DNA of 64,000 bases from Omnitrophica bacterium GWA2_41_15 (GTDB lineage Bacteria; Omnitrophota; Gorgyraeia; Gygaellales; UBA12090), in NCBI GenBank assembly GCA_919902675.1, contig CAKKRH010000012.1, forward strand, positions 16,178 to 80,177, read 5' to 3'. Below the pieces are notes generated by a model. That model was not told where the DNA came from, did no database searches, and saw nothing but the letters and a program-made list of their open reading frames with translations. The position numbers and the translations under genes were made by a program. Below, piece after piece: positions 20,401-26,460 of the stretch (position 1 is the first letter of the stretch; every line of letters starts with the position of its first letter).

Positions 20401-20724
20401 CTGGAGGAAAACGGAATTATCGCCCGGACCATCCAGAGGGTCAGCGACGGAAAACCCAATGTCCTGGATTTGATACAAGAGGGCAAAATCAAACTGATAA
20501 TTAACACCGTATCGGGAAAAATCCCCCGTCAGGATGAGCTGAAAATACGCACTAGCGCCATCGCCTTAGGCATCCCGGTGATTACTACCTTGCCCGGGGC
20601 AGAGGCCTGCTCCCGGGGAATCGAGGCCTTGATAAAACATAAATTAGGAGTCAAGCCGATACAGGCCTATCATAAAAAGTTAAAAGTTAAAAGTAAAAAG
20701 GCAAAAAGACAAAGCAAGGTGTAA
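17401..20724 (+). CDS. carB: Carbamoyl-phosphate synthase large subunit
   Basis: Duplicated ATP-grasp halves, each beginning I(L)[17 protein letters not shown], plus an MGS-like C-terminus. 1107 aa. It has an expanded inter-half linker and a Lys-rich tail. Confidence 0.97.
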   Translation: MPKRTDIKKILIIGSGPIIIGQACEFDYSGTQACKALREEGFKVILVNSNPATIMTDPETADRTYIEPITVEMLEKIIQKEKPDALLPTLGGQTGLNVSIKLAEAGILDKHKVQMIGADRKAIKKAEDRKLFKQAMQKIGLDLPKSGLARDIKEAKKIAAKIGFPLIIRPSFTLGGSGAGTVYTAQEFELMARRGLESSMISEILIEESIIGWKEYELEVMRDRKDNVVIICSIENFDPMGVHTGDSITVAPAQTLSDREYQKMRDAAIACIREIGVETGGSNIQFAVNPDNGRMVVIEMNPRVSRSSALASKATGFPIAKIAAKLAVGYTLDEIPNDITKNTPASFEPTIDYCVVKIPRFAFEKFPSADSTLTIQMKSVGEVMAIGRTFKEALQKGIRGLEIKRDGLSGIKYKDKTELEEQLKRPNAERLFYLYEALKENYSLDRLYELTKIDRWFLQNLKELVEFESQLSAKENPPQEIILKAKQLGFSDKQIARILNKDEDSVRALRKAQGVEPVYKLVDTCSAEFEAWTPYYYSTYETPFAKPETRNPKPETNPNDQNQNFQITEDETRKTEKKKIMILGGGPNRIGQGIEFDYCCVHASFALKEMGYETIMVNSNPETVSTDYDTSDKLYFEPLTKEDVLNIIDKEKPEGVIVQLGGQTPLNLAVPLKEAGVRILGTSADAIDRAEDRKRFSQLVEKLGLVQPANGSAVTFEQAKTIARKIGYPVLVRPSYVLGGRAMEIIYDDQALEYYIQRAVWASPERPILVDKFIEDAIEVDVDMVGDGETFCIGAIMEHIEEAGVHSGDAAMVLPAHTLTPEILDKVRDYTYRLAKELNIIGLMNVQYAVKNSTVYILEVNPRASRTAPFVSKAIGVPLAKLAAKVMAGETLKELGFTREITPKHISVKESVLPFVKFPGVDITLGPEMKSTGEVMGIDTDFGRAYAKSQLAAYQNLPAAKGTVFISVKDKDKRTQMAKTAKKLKDLKFEIISTLGTAKFLEENGIIARTIQRVSDGKPNVLDLIQEGKIKLIINTVSGKIPRQDELKIRTSAIALGIPVITTLPGAEACSRGIEALIKHKLGVKPIQAYHKKLKVKSKKAKRQSKV
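19036..19067 (+). repeat. In-frame heptamer array (AAACCCG x4) in the carB inter-domain linker
   Basis: AAACCCG AAACCCG AAACCCG AAACCCG AAAC, translated [12 protein letters not shown] degenerate CCAAAAY-type stretch follows to about 19105. Confidence 0.85.
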
Positions 20725-20767
20725 AATTTAAAGAAACACTTTTAACTTTTGCGTTTTGATTTTTGAA
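20674..20767. repeat. Inverted heptamer-array hairpin spanning the carB stop codon
   Basis: Left arm AAAAGTT AAAAGTT AAAAGTA AAAAGGC AAAAAGA (20674-20715) encodes the CarB tail [15 protein letters not shown]. Right arm CTTTTAA CTTTTGC GTTTTGA TTTTTGA (20739-20767) is roughly its reverse complement. Confidence 0.7.
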
Positions 20768-20793
20768 TTCCGAGCGACGAAAGGAGCGAGGTA

Positions 20794-21594
20794 ATGCCGG
20801 AACTGCCGGAAGTGGAGACTATAAAGCGGGATTTGGAGAAGGTGATTGTCGGTAAAAAGATTACCGATGTCTGCGTACACCATCCGGCAGTCATCCGCCA
20901 GCCTTCGCCGGATAAGTTTAAAAAGGGAATAGAGGGCGCGCTTATCAAAAATATCCTGCGCAAAGCCAAGGTCTTGATTTTGGAACTATCTAACGGCAAG
21001 TCTTTGACCGCGCATTTAAAGATGACCGGGCAATTGGTTTATCCGGGAAGCGGAGTAAAGAGCCGGGTAAGCTTTCATCTCTCAAATGGTAAGAATTTAG
21101 ACTTTAATGACCAGAGGCTTTTTGGCGAATTGCGCCTTTTGGACGACTGGCGCTCCTTGAAATTTATCCAGGGCTTAGGCCCTGAGCCGTTTGATATGAG
21201 CGAAACGCGGTTTAAGGAAATACTGGCTAAGAAAAAGACCAAAATCAAACCCCTTTTAATGGATCAGTCTTTTATTTCCGGAATCGGCAACATCTACGCC
21301 GCCGAGGGCCTGTTTCGAGGCCGGATCCATCCCGCAAGGCCGGCTAACAGCCTTTCGGATAAAGAGAAGGAGCTTCTTTTTAAGGAAATTAAAGCCACCC
21401 TGAAAGAGGCCATTGAGGCCGGCGGTTCTTCGGTGGACGATTATGTGCGGCTTTCCGGCGAACGAGGCGGCTACGCGAAATACCATAAGGTTTACGGCCG
21501 CCAGGGTAAGCCTTGTCTAGCCTGCAAAACCCCGATTAAAAGAATAGCCTTAGGTGGTCGAGGCACCTTCTTTTGCCCCAAATGCCAGAAATGA
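20794..21594 (+). CDS. mutM: Formamidopyrimidine-DNA glycosylase
   Basis: MPELPEVE N-terminus (catalytic Pro2/Glu3) and the C-terminal zinc finger CLACKTPI...FFCPKCQ. 266 aa. Confidence 0.93.
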   Translation: MPELPEVETIKRDLEKVIVGKKITDVCVHHPAVIRQPSPDKFKKGIEGALIKNILRKAKVLILELSNGKSLTAHLKMTGQLVYPGSGVKSRVSFHLSNGKNLDFNDQRLFGELRLLDDWRSLKFIQGLGPEPFDMSETRFKEILAKKKTKIKPLLMDQSFISGIGNIYAAEGLFRGRIHPARPANSLSDKEKELLFKEIKATLKEAIEAGGSSVDDYVRLSGERGGYAKYHKVYGRQGKPCLACKTPIKRIALGGRGTFFCPKCQK

Positions 21595-22457
21595 AACCTT
21601 TTCAAATAACCGCTAAAATCATCTCAAATAAAAATATAAAAAATAATTACTTTGAAATCGTTTTGCTTGCTCCACAGATAGCCCGGAATGCCCTGCCGGG
21701 GCAGTTTGTGAATATCAAGACCAGCGAGGGATTTGAGCCGTTATTACGCAGGCCGTTGAGCATACATAGGATTGGTCGCCAGTCTCGAGTCGCCAGTCTC
21801 GAGTCAAAAGAAGGTAAAGAGATTATAATGCTTTATGAGGTCCTGGGCAAAGGCACGCAAATACTTTCTCAGAGAATGCAGGGTGAGTTTTTGGATGTGA
21901 TTGGGCCATTAGGTAACGGTTTTAATTGCTATCCGCTATCCGCTATCCGCTATCCGCCGATTTTGATTGCCGGGGGAATGGGCACCGCCCCCTTAGTTTT
22001 TCTCGCGGAAAGATTAGTCCACAGTCCACAGTCCATAGTCCATAGAAAGCCGTTGGTCTTGATTGGTGCCAGGTCAGAAAGCCATATTCTTTGCGAAAAA
22101 GAGTTTAAAGAATTGGGGTGCGAGGTAAAAATTGCCACCGACGACGGCTCCCGCGGATTTAAGGGTTATGTCAGCAGTTTATTAACTGAAATCCTGTCAA
22201 CCGTCAACTGTCAACCGTCAACTATATATGCTTGCGGGCCAAAGCTTTTGCTTAAGGAAATCAGCCGGATATCCCTTGAGCAGAATATCCCGGCCCAGCT
22301 GTCCTTGGAATCGCATATGGCCTGCGGAATCGGGGCCTGTATGGGATGCGTAATAAAAGTAAAAAGTAAAAAGGCAAAAGGCAAAATTGACGACGAGTAT
22401 AAACGGGTTTGCAAAGAAGGGCCGGTGTTTGAGGCTCGGGAGATAGCTTGGGAATGA
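21591..22457 (+). CDS. pyrK: Dihydroorotate dehydrogenase electron-transfer subunit
   Basis: PGQFVNI, LLRRPLSI, GPLGNGF, and the C-terminal 2Fe-2S motif MACGIGACMGC...VCKEGPVF. The ATG at 21591 overlaps the mutM stop. It contains five tandem arrays. Confidence 0.9.
   Translation: MKPFQITAKIISNKNIKNNYFEIVLLAPQIARNALPGQFVNIKTSEGFEPLLRRPLSIHRIGRQSRVASLESKEGKEIIMLYEVLGKGTQILSQRMQGEFLDVIGPLGNGFNCYPLSAIRYPPILIAGGMGTAPLVFLAERLVHSPQSIVHRKPLVLIGARSESHILCEKEFKELGCEVKIATDDGSRGFKGYVSSLLTEILSTVNCQPSTIYACGPKLLLKEISRISLEQNIPAQLSLESHMACGIGACMGCVIKVKSKKAKGKIDDEYKRVCKEGPVFEAREIAWE
21775..21805 (+). repeat. In-frame tandem array in pyrK (14 nt x2, an ABAB heptamer pattern)
   Basis: GTCGCCAGTCTCGA GTCGCCAGTCTCGA GTC, translated RQSRVASLES, immediately after the conserved RRPLSI motif. 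Confidence 0.9.
21928..21955 (+). repeat. In-frame heptamer array in pyrK (GCTATCC x4)
   Basis: GCTATCC GCTATCC GCTATCC GCTATCC, translated CYPLSAIRYP, between the GNGF and GGMGTAP motifs. Confidence 0.9.
22016..22045 (+). repeat. In-frame heptamer array in pyrK (AGTCCAC/AGTCCAT x4)
   Basis: AGTCCAC AGTCCAC AGTCCAT AGTCCAT AG, translated HSPQSIVH. It shares the 13-mer ACAGTCCACAGTC with the pyrD array. Confidence 0.9.
22196..22223 (+). repeat. In-frame heptamer array in pyrK (GTCAACC/GTCAACT, ABAB)
   Basis: GTCAACC GTCAACT GTCAACC GTCAACT, translated STVNCQPST, just before YACGP. Confidence 0.9.
22355..22386 (+). repeat. In-frame heptamer array in pyrK (AAAAGTA x2, AAAAGGC x2)
   Basis: AAAAGTA AAAAGTA AAAAGGC AAAAGGC AAAA, translated [10 protein letters not shown], inside the Fe-S cluster region. 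It is near-identical to the 21-mer at 20686 and 56210. Confidence 0.9.
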
Positions 22458-23407
22458 GGGAAGGCCTGGTGGTAAATATAGGAAGACTGCGCTTAAAAAA
22501 TCCGGTGATGGCGGCCTCCGGCACCTTTGGCTACGCCGAGGAGTTTAAGCATTTTATAGATTTAAAGAAGTTAGGGGCAATAGTTACTAAAACTATTACC
22601 TTGAAGCCGCGCGTGGGAAATCCCCCTCCGCGCACCTGCGAAACTCCGGCCGGATTGCTTAATTCTATCGGTTTGGAGAATCCCGGGATAGACAGGTTTA
22701 TCGATGAGAAAATACCTTTTATCAAGAGCCTGGGCGTGCCTTTAATTGTCAGTATCGCCTCAGAAGGAGGCGTTGAGGAATTTGTCAGCCTGGCTAAGCG
22801 TTTAGATAGGGTAAAAGAAGTCTCTGCTATTGAACTGAATATTTCCTGTCCCAATATTAAAAACAGTCCACAGTCTACAGTCTACAGTCTACAGAAAAAC
22901 AATGGACAATTGATTTCACAAGACGCAAAGGCGACATACGAAGTGGTTAAGATGGCGCGTAAGGCTACCCGGAAAACCTTGATCACCAAGCTGTCTCCGA
23001 ATGTTACCGATATTACGGAAATTGCTCAGGCCGCCCAGGATGGGGGAAGCGATTGCCTGGCCTTGATAAACACCCTGATGGGAATGAGTGTTGATGTGCG
23101 CACCCGCAAGCCCAAGATAGCCATGGTGACTGCCGGCCTAAGCGGCCCGGCTGTCCGACCGGTGGCCTTACGGATGGTCTGGGAGGTTTACAAAAAAGTC
23201 AAAATCCCCATAATCGGGATGGGCGGAATAACCGACACTGAGAGCGTCCTGGAATTTTTTATAGCTGGAGCAAGCGCTATTGCCGTGGGCACGGCTAATT
23301 TTATCAATCCCCGGACTATGATTGAAATCATTTCCGGCTTAGAGAAATATTTAGCCCGGAATAGAATCAAAGACATAAAAGAACTGATAGGAAGCCTGAA
23401 GATATGA
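22454..23407 (+). CDS. pyrD: Dihydroorotate dehydrogenase (class 1B) catalytic subunit
   Basis: NPVMAASGTFGY, GLENPG, ELNISCPN and GGI motifs. The ATG at 22454 overlaps the pyrK TGA (ATGA). Confidence 0.94.
   Translation: MREGLVVNIGRLRLKNPVMAASGTFGYAEEFKHFIDLKKLGAIVTKTITLKPRVGNPPPRTCETPAGLLNSIGLENPGIDRFIDEKIPFIKSLGVPLIVSIASEGGVEEFVSLAKRLDRVKEVSAIELNISCPNIKNSPQSTVYSLQKNNGQLISQDAKATYEVVKMARKATRKTLITKLSPNVTDITEIAQAAQDGGSDCLALINTLMGMSVDVRTRKPKIAMVTAGLSGPAVRPVALRMVWEVYKKVKIPIIGMGGITDTESVLEFFIAGASAIAVGTANFINPRTMIEIISGLEKYLARNRIKDIKELIGSLKI
22864..22894 (+). repeat. In-frame heptamer array in pyrD (CAGTCCA/CAGTCTA x4)
   Basis: CAGTCCA CAGTCTA CAGTCTA CAGTCTA CAG, translated SPQSTVYSLQ, directly after the ELNISCPN active-site motif. 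Confidence 0.9.
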
Positions 23408-24072
23408 ACGAACGAAAAATAATCCTGGCTTTGGATGTGGACAGCTTTGAAAAAGCCAGGAATTTAATAAACCTGCTGTATCCTAAAGTAAGGATTTTTA
23501 AGATTGGCTCCCAGCTTTTTACCGGATGCGGGCCGAAGATTATAGAGTTTATCCATAAAAAAGGAGGAGAGGTTTTTTTAGACCTCAAGTTCCACGATAT
23601 CCCCAATACCGTGGCCAATGCCGTCTTCCAGGCCTGCCGGCTTAAGGTTAAAATGCTGACCTTGCATATTTCCGGAGGGAAAGAAATGTTAGAAGCGGCA
23701 GTCAAGGCGGCTAAAGAGGCCTCCTTAGCCATTAAGCGCGAATCTCCACTTTTAATCGGGGTTACGGTTTTAACCAGCCAGGAGTCAGGCCGGGATGAGG
23801 TCTTGCGTTTAGCCGGGATAGGCTTAAGCTGCGGCTTAGACGGGGTGGTCTGTTCTGCCCAGGAAGTGAGGTTCTTACGGGGTGAGCTTGGCAAAGATTT
23901 TGTAATAGTAACCCCGGGGATCAGGCCTAAGCAGGCAGGAGTTGATGATCAAAAAAGGACAGCCACAGCCACCCAGGCTATTGCCGCCGGAAGCGATTTT
24001 TTGGTGGTGGGCCGGCCGATTTTAGAGGCCAAGGATCCGGCAGTGGCATTAGCCGGCATATTGAATGAATAA
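23404..24072 (+). CDS. pyrF: Orotidine 5'-phosphate decarboxylase
   Basis: ILALDV, FLDLKFHDIPNT and VGRPI motifs. 222 aa. Confidence 0.95.
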   Translation: MNERKIILALDVDSFEKARNLINLLYPKVRIFKIGSQLFTGCGPKIIEFIHKKGGEVFLDLKFHDIPNTVANAVFQACRLKVKMLTLHISGGKEMLEAAVKAAKEASLAIKRESPLLIGVTVLTSQESGRDEVLRLAGIGLSCGLDGVVCSAQEVRFLRGELGKDFVIVTPGIRPKQAGVDDQKRTATATQAIAAGSDFLVVGRPILEAKDPAVALAGILNE

Positions 24073-24463
24073 ACAGCCTAAGGATCAGACGCTTTTCCAT
24101 CTTCAAAAAAAGGTGCGGGAGTTTATTCAAGAACGGGATTGGCTGAAATTTCACTCCCCCAAAAATATCAGTATGTCTATCGCCATTGAGGCCGCTGAGC
24201 TGATGGAGCATTTTCAATGGCTAGACGCCAGGGAATCCAAAGAACTGCTCCGGGATAGAACCAAACGCGGGGAAATCGAGGATGAGCTGGCCGATATCGC
24301 TATCTATATCCTGGATTTCTGCGAGCACTTTGGAGTTGACCTGGAAAAAAGCATCCTGAGCAAGCTGGATAAGACCGCCAAAAAATACCCGGCGCGCTTA
24401 GTCAAAGGCAAGGCCCATAAGTATACCTATTATTTAAAGAGAAGACAGGCAAAAGCTTTATAG
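24065..24463 (+). CDS. MazG-like nucleotide pyrophosphohydrolase
   Basis: 132 aa. FHSPKN..SIAIEAAELMEHFQW...EIEDELADIAIYIL is the EExxE/D all-alpha NTP-PPase signature. Overlaps the pyrF stop. Confidence 0.8.
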   Translation: MNKQPKDQTLFHLQKKVREFIQERDWLKFHSPKNISMSIAIEAAELMEHFQWLDARESKELLRDRTKRGEIEDELADIAIYILDFCEHFGVDLEKSILSKLDKTAKKYPARLVKGKAHKYTYYLKRRQAKAL

Positions 24464-24492
24464 TTGACAGACCGGGGATTACAGGGTAGTAT
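24464..24492 (+). promoter_or_regulatory. Putative sigma70-type promoter
   Basis: TTGACA (24464-24469), 17-nt spacer, TAGTAT (24487-24492). A strong RBS AAGGAGGAGG precedes the ATG at 24530. Confidence 0.55.
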
Positions 24493-24529
24493 TTAACGGT
24501 ATCGGAAGCATAACCAAGGAGGAGGATTT

Positions 24530-24931
24530 ATGAAAAATACAATCGCGGCGATTATGTTGTTAGGGTGTTGTATGTTTGTTCAATCGGTTTCTTATGCCAA
24601 GGGCTCGGAGGTAAAGGAGTGTAATTTAGAAAAGCACGCCAAAAAAGCCAAAGGGGCCAAAGCGGATAAGATTAAGGCCAGGCTTGATAAATGGACCAAG
24701 GCCTTAAGCCTGACCCCCGAACAGCAGGCCCAAACCAAAGAAATCCTCGCCAAGGCCAAAGAGGACATAAAGGTTGTCTGGAAGGACACCAAGGCCAAAA
24801 CCAAGGAAATCCGCGTTGCGGCGCATGACCAAATAGCCGGCATTTTGACAGATGAGCAGAAGGCCAAATTCCAGAACCTGCGCAAGGAATGCGAAGAATC
24901 CCCCGAAGCCCATAGCGAGAGTAAGGAATAA
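24530..24931 (+). CDS. Periplasmic Spy/CpxP-family (LTxxQ motif) protein
   Basis: Signal peptide ending SVSYA. Two LTxxQ motifs (LTPEQQAQTKEIL and LTDEQKAKFQNL). Lys-rich helical protein of 133 aa. Confidence 0.7.
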   Translation: MKNTIAAIMLLGCCMFVQSVSYAKGSEVKECNLEKHAKKAKGAKADKIKARLDKWTKALSLTPEQQAQTKEILAKAKEDIKVVWKDTKAKTKEIRVAAHDQIAGILTDEQKAKFQNLRKECEESPEAHSESKE

Positions 24932-24938
24932 AATATTC

Positions 24939-25012
24939 GGGCGCTTAGCTCAGCTGGTTAGAGCATCTGCTTTACACGCAGAGGGTCAGGGGTTCAAGTC
25001 CTCTAGCGCCCA
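24939..25012 (+). tRNA. tRNA-Val (anticodon UAC)
   Basis: Acceptor GGGCGCT/AGCGCCC, anticodon stem TCTGC/GCAGA with loop TTTACAC, T-loop TTCAAGT. 74 nt. Confidence 0.9.
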
Positions 25013-25014
25013 TT

Positions 25015-25043
25015 AAAGCAGAGTAAAGAGGTAAGAGTAAAGA
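25015..25043. repeat. Left inverted arm of four-helix-bundle cassette 2
   Basis: AAAGCAGAGTAAAGAGGTAAGAGTAAAGA starts 3 nt after tRNA-Val and runs into the ATG. Confidence 0.85.
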
Positions 25044-25408
25044 TGAGTGCGGATGAGCCTCGGTATAGAAGGTTGCTGATATGGAAAAAAGCGCATAATA
25101 ACGCGATTATCTTGATAACGTTAATAAAAAACTGCAACTCGAAATACGGCCGCGTTATAGATCAATGTCTTGGCAGTGTTACCTCAATAGGCGCGAATAT
25201 CGCGGAAGGTAATGAATCCGCGACACATAAACAAAAAGAAAGCTATTTCCAGATTTCCCTGAATTCGGCATACGAATTGGATAACTGGCTGCAAATATTA
25301 AAAGACGGAGAAATAATTACCGACAAAGAAAAAATAGCAGTGATAGAAAAAGAAAACATTGAAGTAATCAAAATTTTGTGTACAATAATTAAATCCCTTA
25401 GGTTTTGA
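25043..25408 (+). CDS. Four-helix-bundle protein (23S rRNA intervening-sequence protein / Avd family)
   Basis: 121 aa. LLIWKKAHN...SIGANIAEGNES..HKQKESYFQISLNSAYELDNWL fits the family signature. The ORF is AT-rich. Confidence 0.8.
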   Translation: MSADEPRYRRLLIWKKAHNNAIILITLIKNCNSKYGRVIDQCLGSVTSIGANIAEGNESATHKQKESYFQISLNSAYELDNWLQILKDGEIITDKEKIAVIEKENIEVIKILCTIIKSLRF

Positions 25409-25412
25409 TTTT

Positions 25413-25448
25413 TCTTTACTCTTACCTCTTTACTCTTAATTCTGCTTT
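25413..25448. repeat. Right inverted arm of cassette 2
   Basis: TCTTTACTCTTACCTCTTTACTCT (25413-25436) is the perfect reverse complement of 24 nt of the left arm. After a 5-nt insertion, CTGCTTT completes the match. The arm ends 3 nt before tRNA-Asp. Confidence 0.9.
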
Positions 25449-25451
25449 ACT

Positions 25452-25530
25452 GGGGTCGTGGTGTAGCCTGGTTTAACACATCGCCCTGTCACGGCGAAGA
25501 CCGCGGGTTCAAATCCCGTCGACCCCGCCA
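25452..25530 (+). tRNA. tRNA-Asp (anticodon GUC), CCA encoded
   Basis: Acceptor GGGGTCG/CGACCCC, anticodon stem TCGCC/GGCGA with loop CTGTCAC, T-loop TTCAAAT, then discriminator G plus CCA. Confidence 0.9.
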
Positions 25531-25541
25531 TAAACAACATA

Positions 25542-25570
25542 AACCGCGAAATCTCTCGCGGTTTTTTGTT
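25542..25570 (+). terminator. Intrinsic terminator after the tRNA cluster
   Basis: AACCGCGA / TCGCGGTT stem with a 6-nt loop, followed by TTTTTGTTTT. Confidence 0.75.
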
Positions 25571-25598
25571 TTGATAAAGCGTAAAAATGTTGTATAAT
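25571..25598 (+). promoter_or_regulatory. Putative sigma70-type promoter
   Basis: TTGATA (25571-25576), 16-nt spacer, TATAAT (25593-25598). Confidence 0.6.
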
Positions 25599-25639
25599 AA
25601 TTAAAGTGAAATAAATACGGAAAATAGGAGAAAACGAAA

Positions 25640-26275
25640 ATGAGCATTATTAAAAAAATATTAGGTTTTAGCGCGGTGCCGGTATTGTCTTTTGTTTTTA
25701 TGTTTTCCGCTTTCGCTCAAGAGGCGGAGAAGTTGGTTTTGGATGATTTTGAAGGGGTGATTTCCGGAGGCGAGCAGGGGACAGTGGATTTTGGCTCAGG
25801 TGGCGGCTCGCTTGTTGAGGTAAGGGCATCTAAAGATATAAAACACCACGGAGAGCAGGCCCTGGAGGTGAAGTTTGAGGCAATAGCCGGCGGGTATATG
25901 TGGATTGGCCGGGGATACGATATGACGGTAAAAGGCGCGGCCTGTTGGCTGGTTAAGCCTGAGGACATAGATTTTAAGAAGTTTAACGCTATCTCGATAA
26001 ATATTTACGGTGCCGACACCAAAGGGCAGATAGCCGTGGATTTGGTGGACAGCGGTTCGGAATACTGGCGCTATTTGATTGAGGATAATTTCAGCGGGTG
26101 GAAGGAGATTGTGATACTTTTTGGCGATTTCTTCTCCCGGGGCGATTGGCAGCCGGAGAAGGCGGATAAAAACGGGGTGATGGATTTTCCGCTTAAGGTG
26201 TTTCAGTTTGAGCCCCGGCCGGAAGCAAAAGGCACAATATATTTTGATTATGTGAGGTTGGTAAAAACAGAGTAA
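25640..26275 (+). CDS. Secreted beta-sandwich protein, carbohydrate-binding-module-like (CIA30/CBM11-type by pattern)
   Basis: Signal peptide ending SAFAQE. LVLDDFEG... and the C-terminal GTIYFDYVRLV are typical of CBM-like modules. 211 aa. Confidence 0.5.
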   Translation: MSIIKKILGFSAVPVLSFVFMFSAFAQEAEKLVLDDFEGVISGGEQGTVDFGSGGGSLVEVRASKDIKHHGEQALEVKFEAIAGGYMWIGRGYDMTVKGAACWLVKPEDIDFKKFNAISINIYGADTKGQIAVDLVDSGSEYWRYLIEDNFSGWKEIVILFGDFFSRGDWQPEKADKNGVMDFPLKVFQFEPRPEAKGTIYFDYVRLVKTE

Positions 26276-26318
26276 GGGGACGGTTTAAAACCGTTCCCTA
26301 CAAACAAGGAGGTGGATT

Positions 26319-26381
26319 ATGGGTTGCGGAACTTGTGCTCCTAAAAAGAAAAAGCCGGTGGCAAAGAAGAAAAAGAAATAG
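26319..26381 (+). CDS. 20-aa Cys-x2-Cys, poly-lysine microprotein (MGCGTCAPKKKKPVAKKKKK)
   Basis: Consensus RBS AAGGAGG lies 6 nt upstream of the ATG, and the ORF is followed by a perfect 16-bp stem terminator. It falls below the ORF-track length cutoff. Confidence 0.5.
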   Translation: MGCGTCAPKKKKPVAKKKKK

Positions 26382-26401
26382 TTTCGCTACGGCTAAAGTT
26401 T

Positions 26402-26440
26402 AAATGGGCGCCTGCGTATCCAACACGCAGGCGCCCATTT
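26402..26440 (+). terminator. Perfect 16-bp hairpin (terminator-like)
   Basis: AAATGGGCGCCTGCGT / ACGCAGGCGCCCATTT with loop ATCCAAC, followed by a short T-run. Confidence 0.65.
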
Positions 26441-26460
26441 ATCTAAAAGGATAAAAAAAT

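Noticed and set aside
21775-22894. CRISPR-array interpretation of the tandem repeats.
   Set aside because: The units are 7 or 14 nt long, directly abutting with no spacers, and lie inside ORFs. No cas genes are present.
23367-23894. 175-aa minus-strand ORF antisense to pyrF.
   Set aside because: The plus-strand frame carries the canonical OMP decarboxylase motifs. The minus-strand product is low-complexity Ser/Lys/Pro-rich.
16995-25408. Diversity-generating retroelement, considered because the four-helix-bundle proteins belong to the Avd family.
   Set aside because: There is no reverse transcriptase gene and no template/variable repeat pair with adenine-specific differences anywhere in the window.
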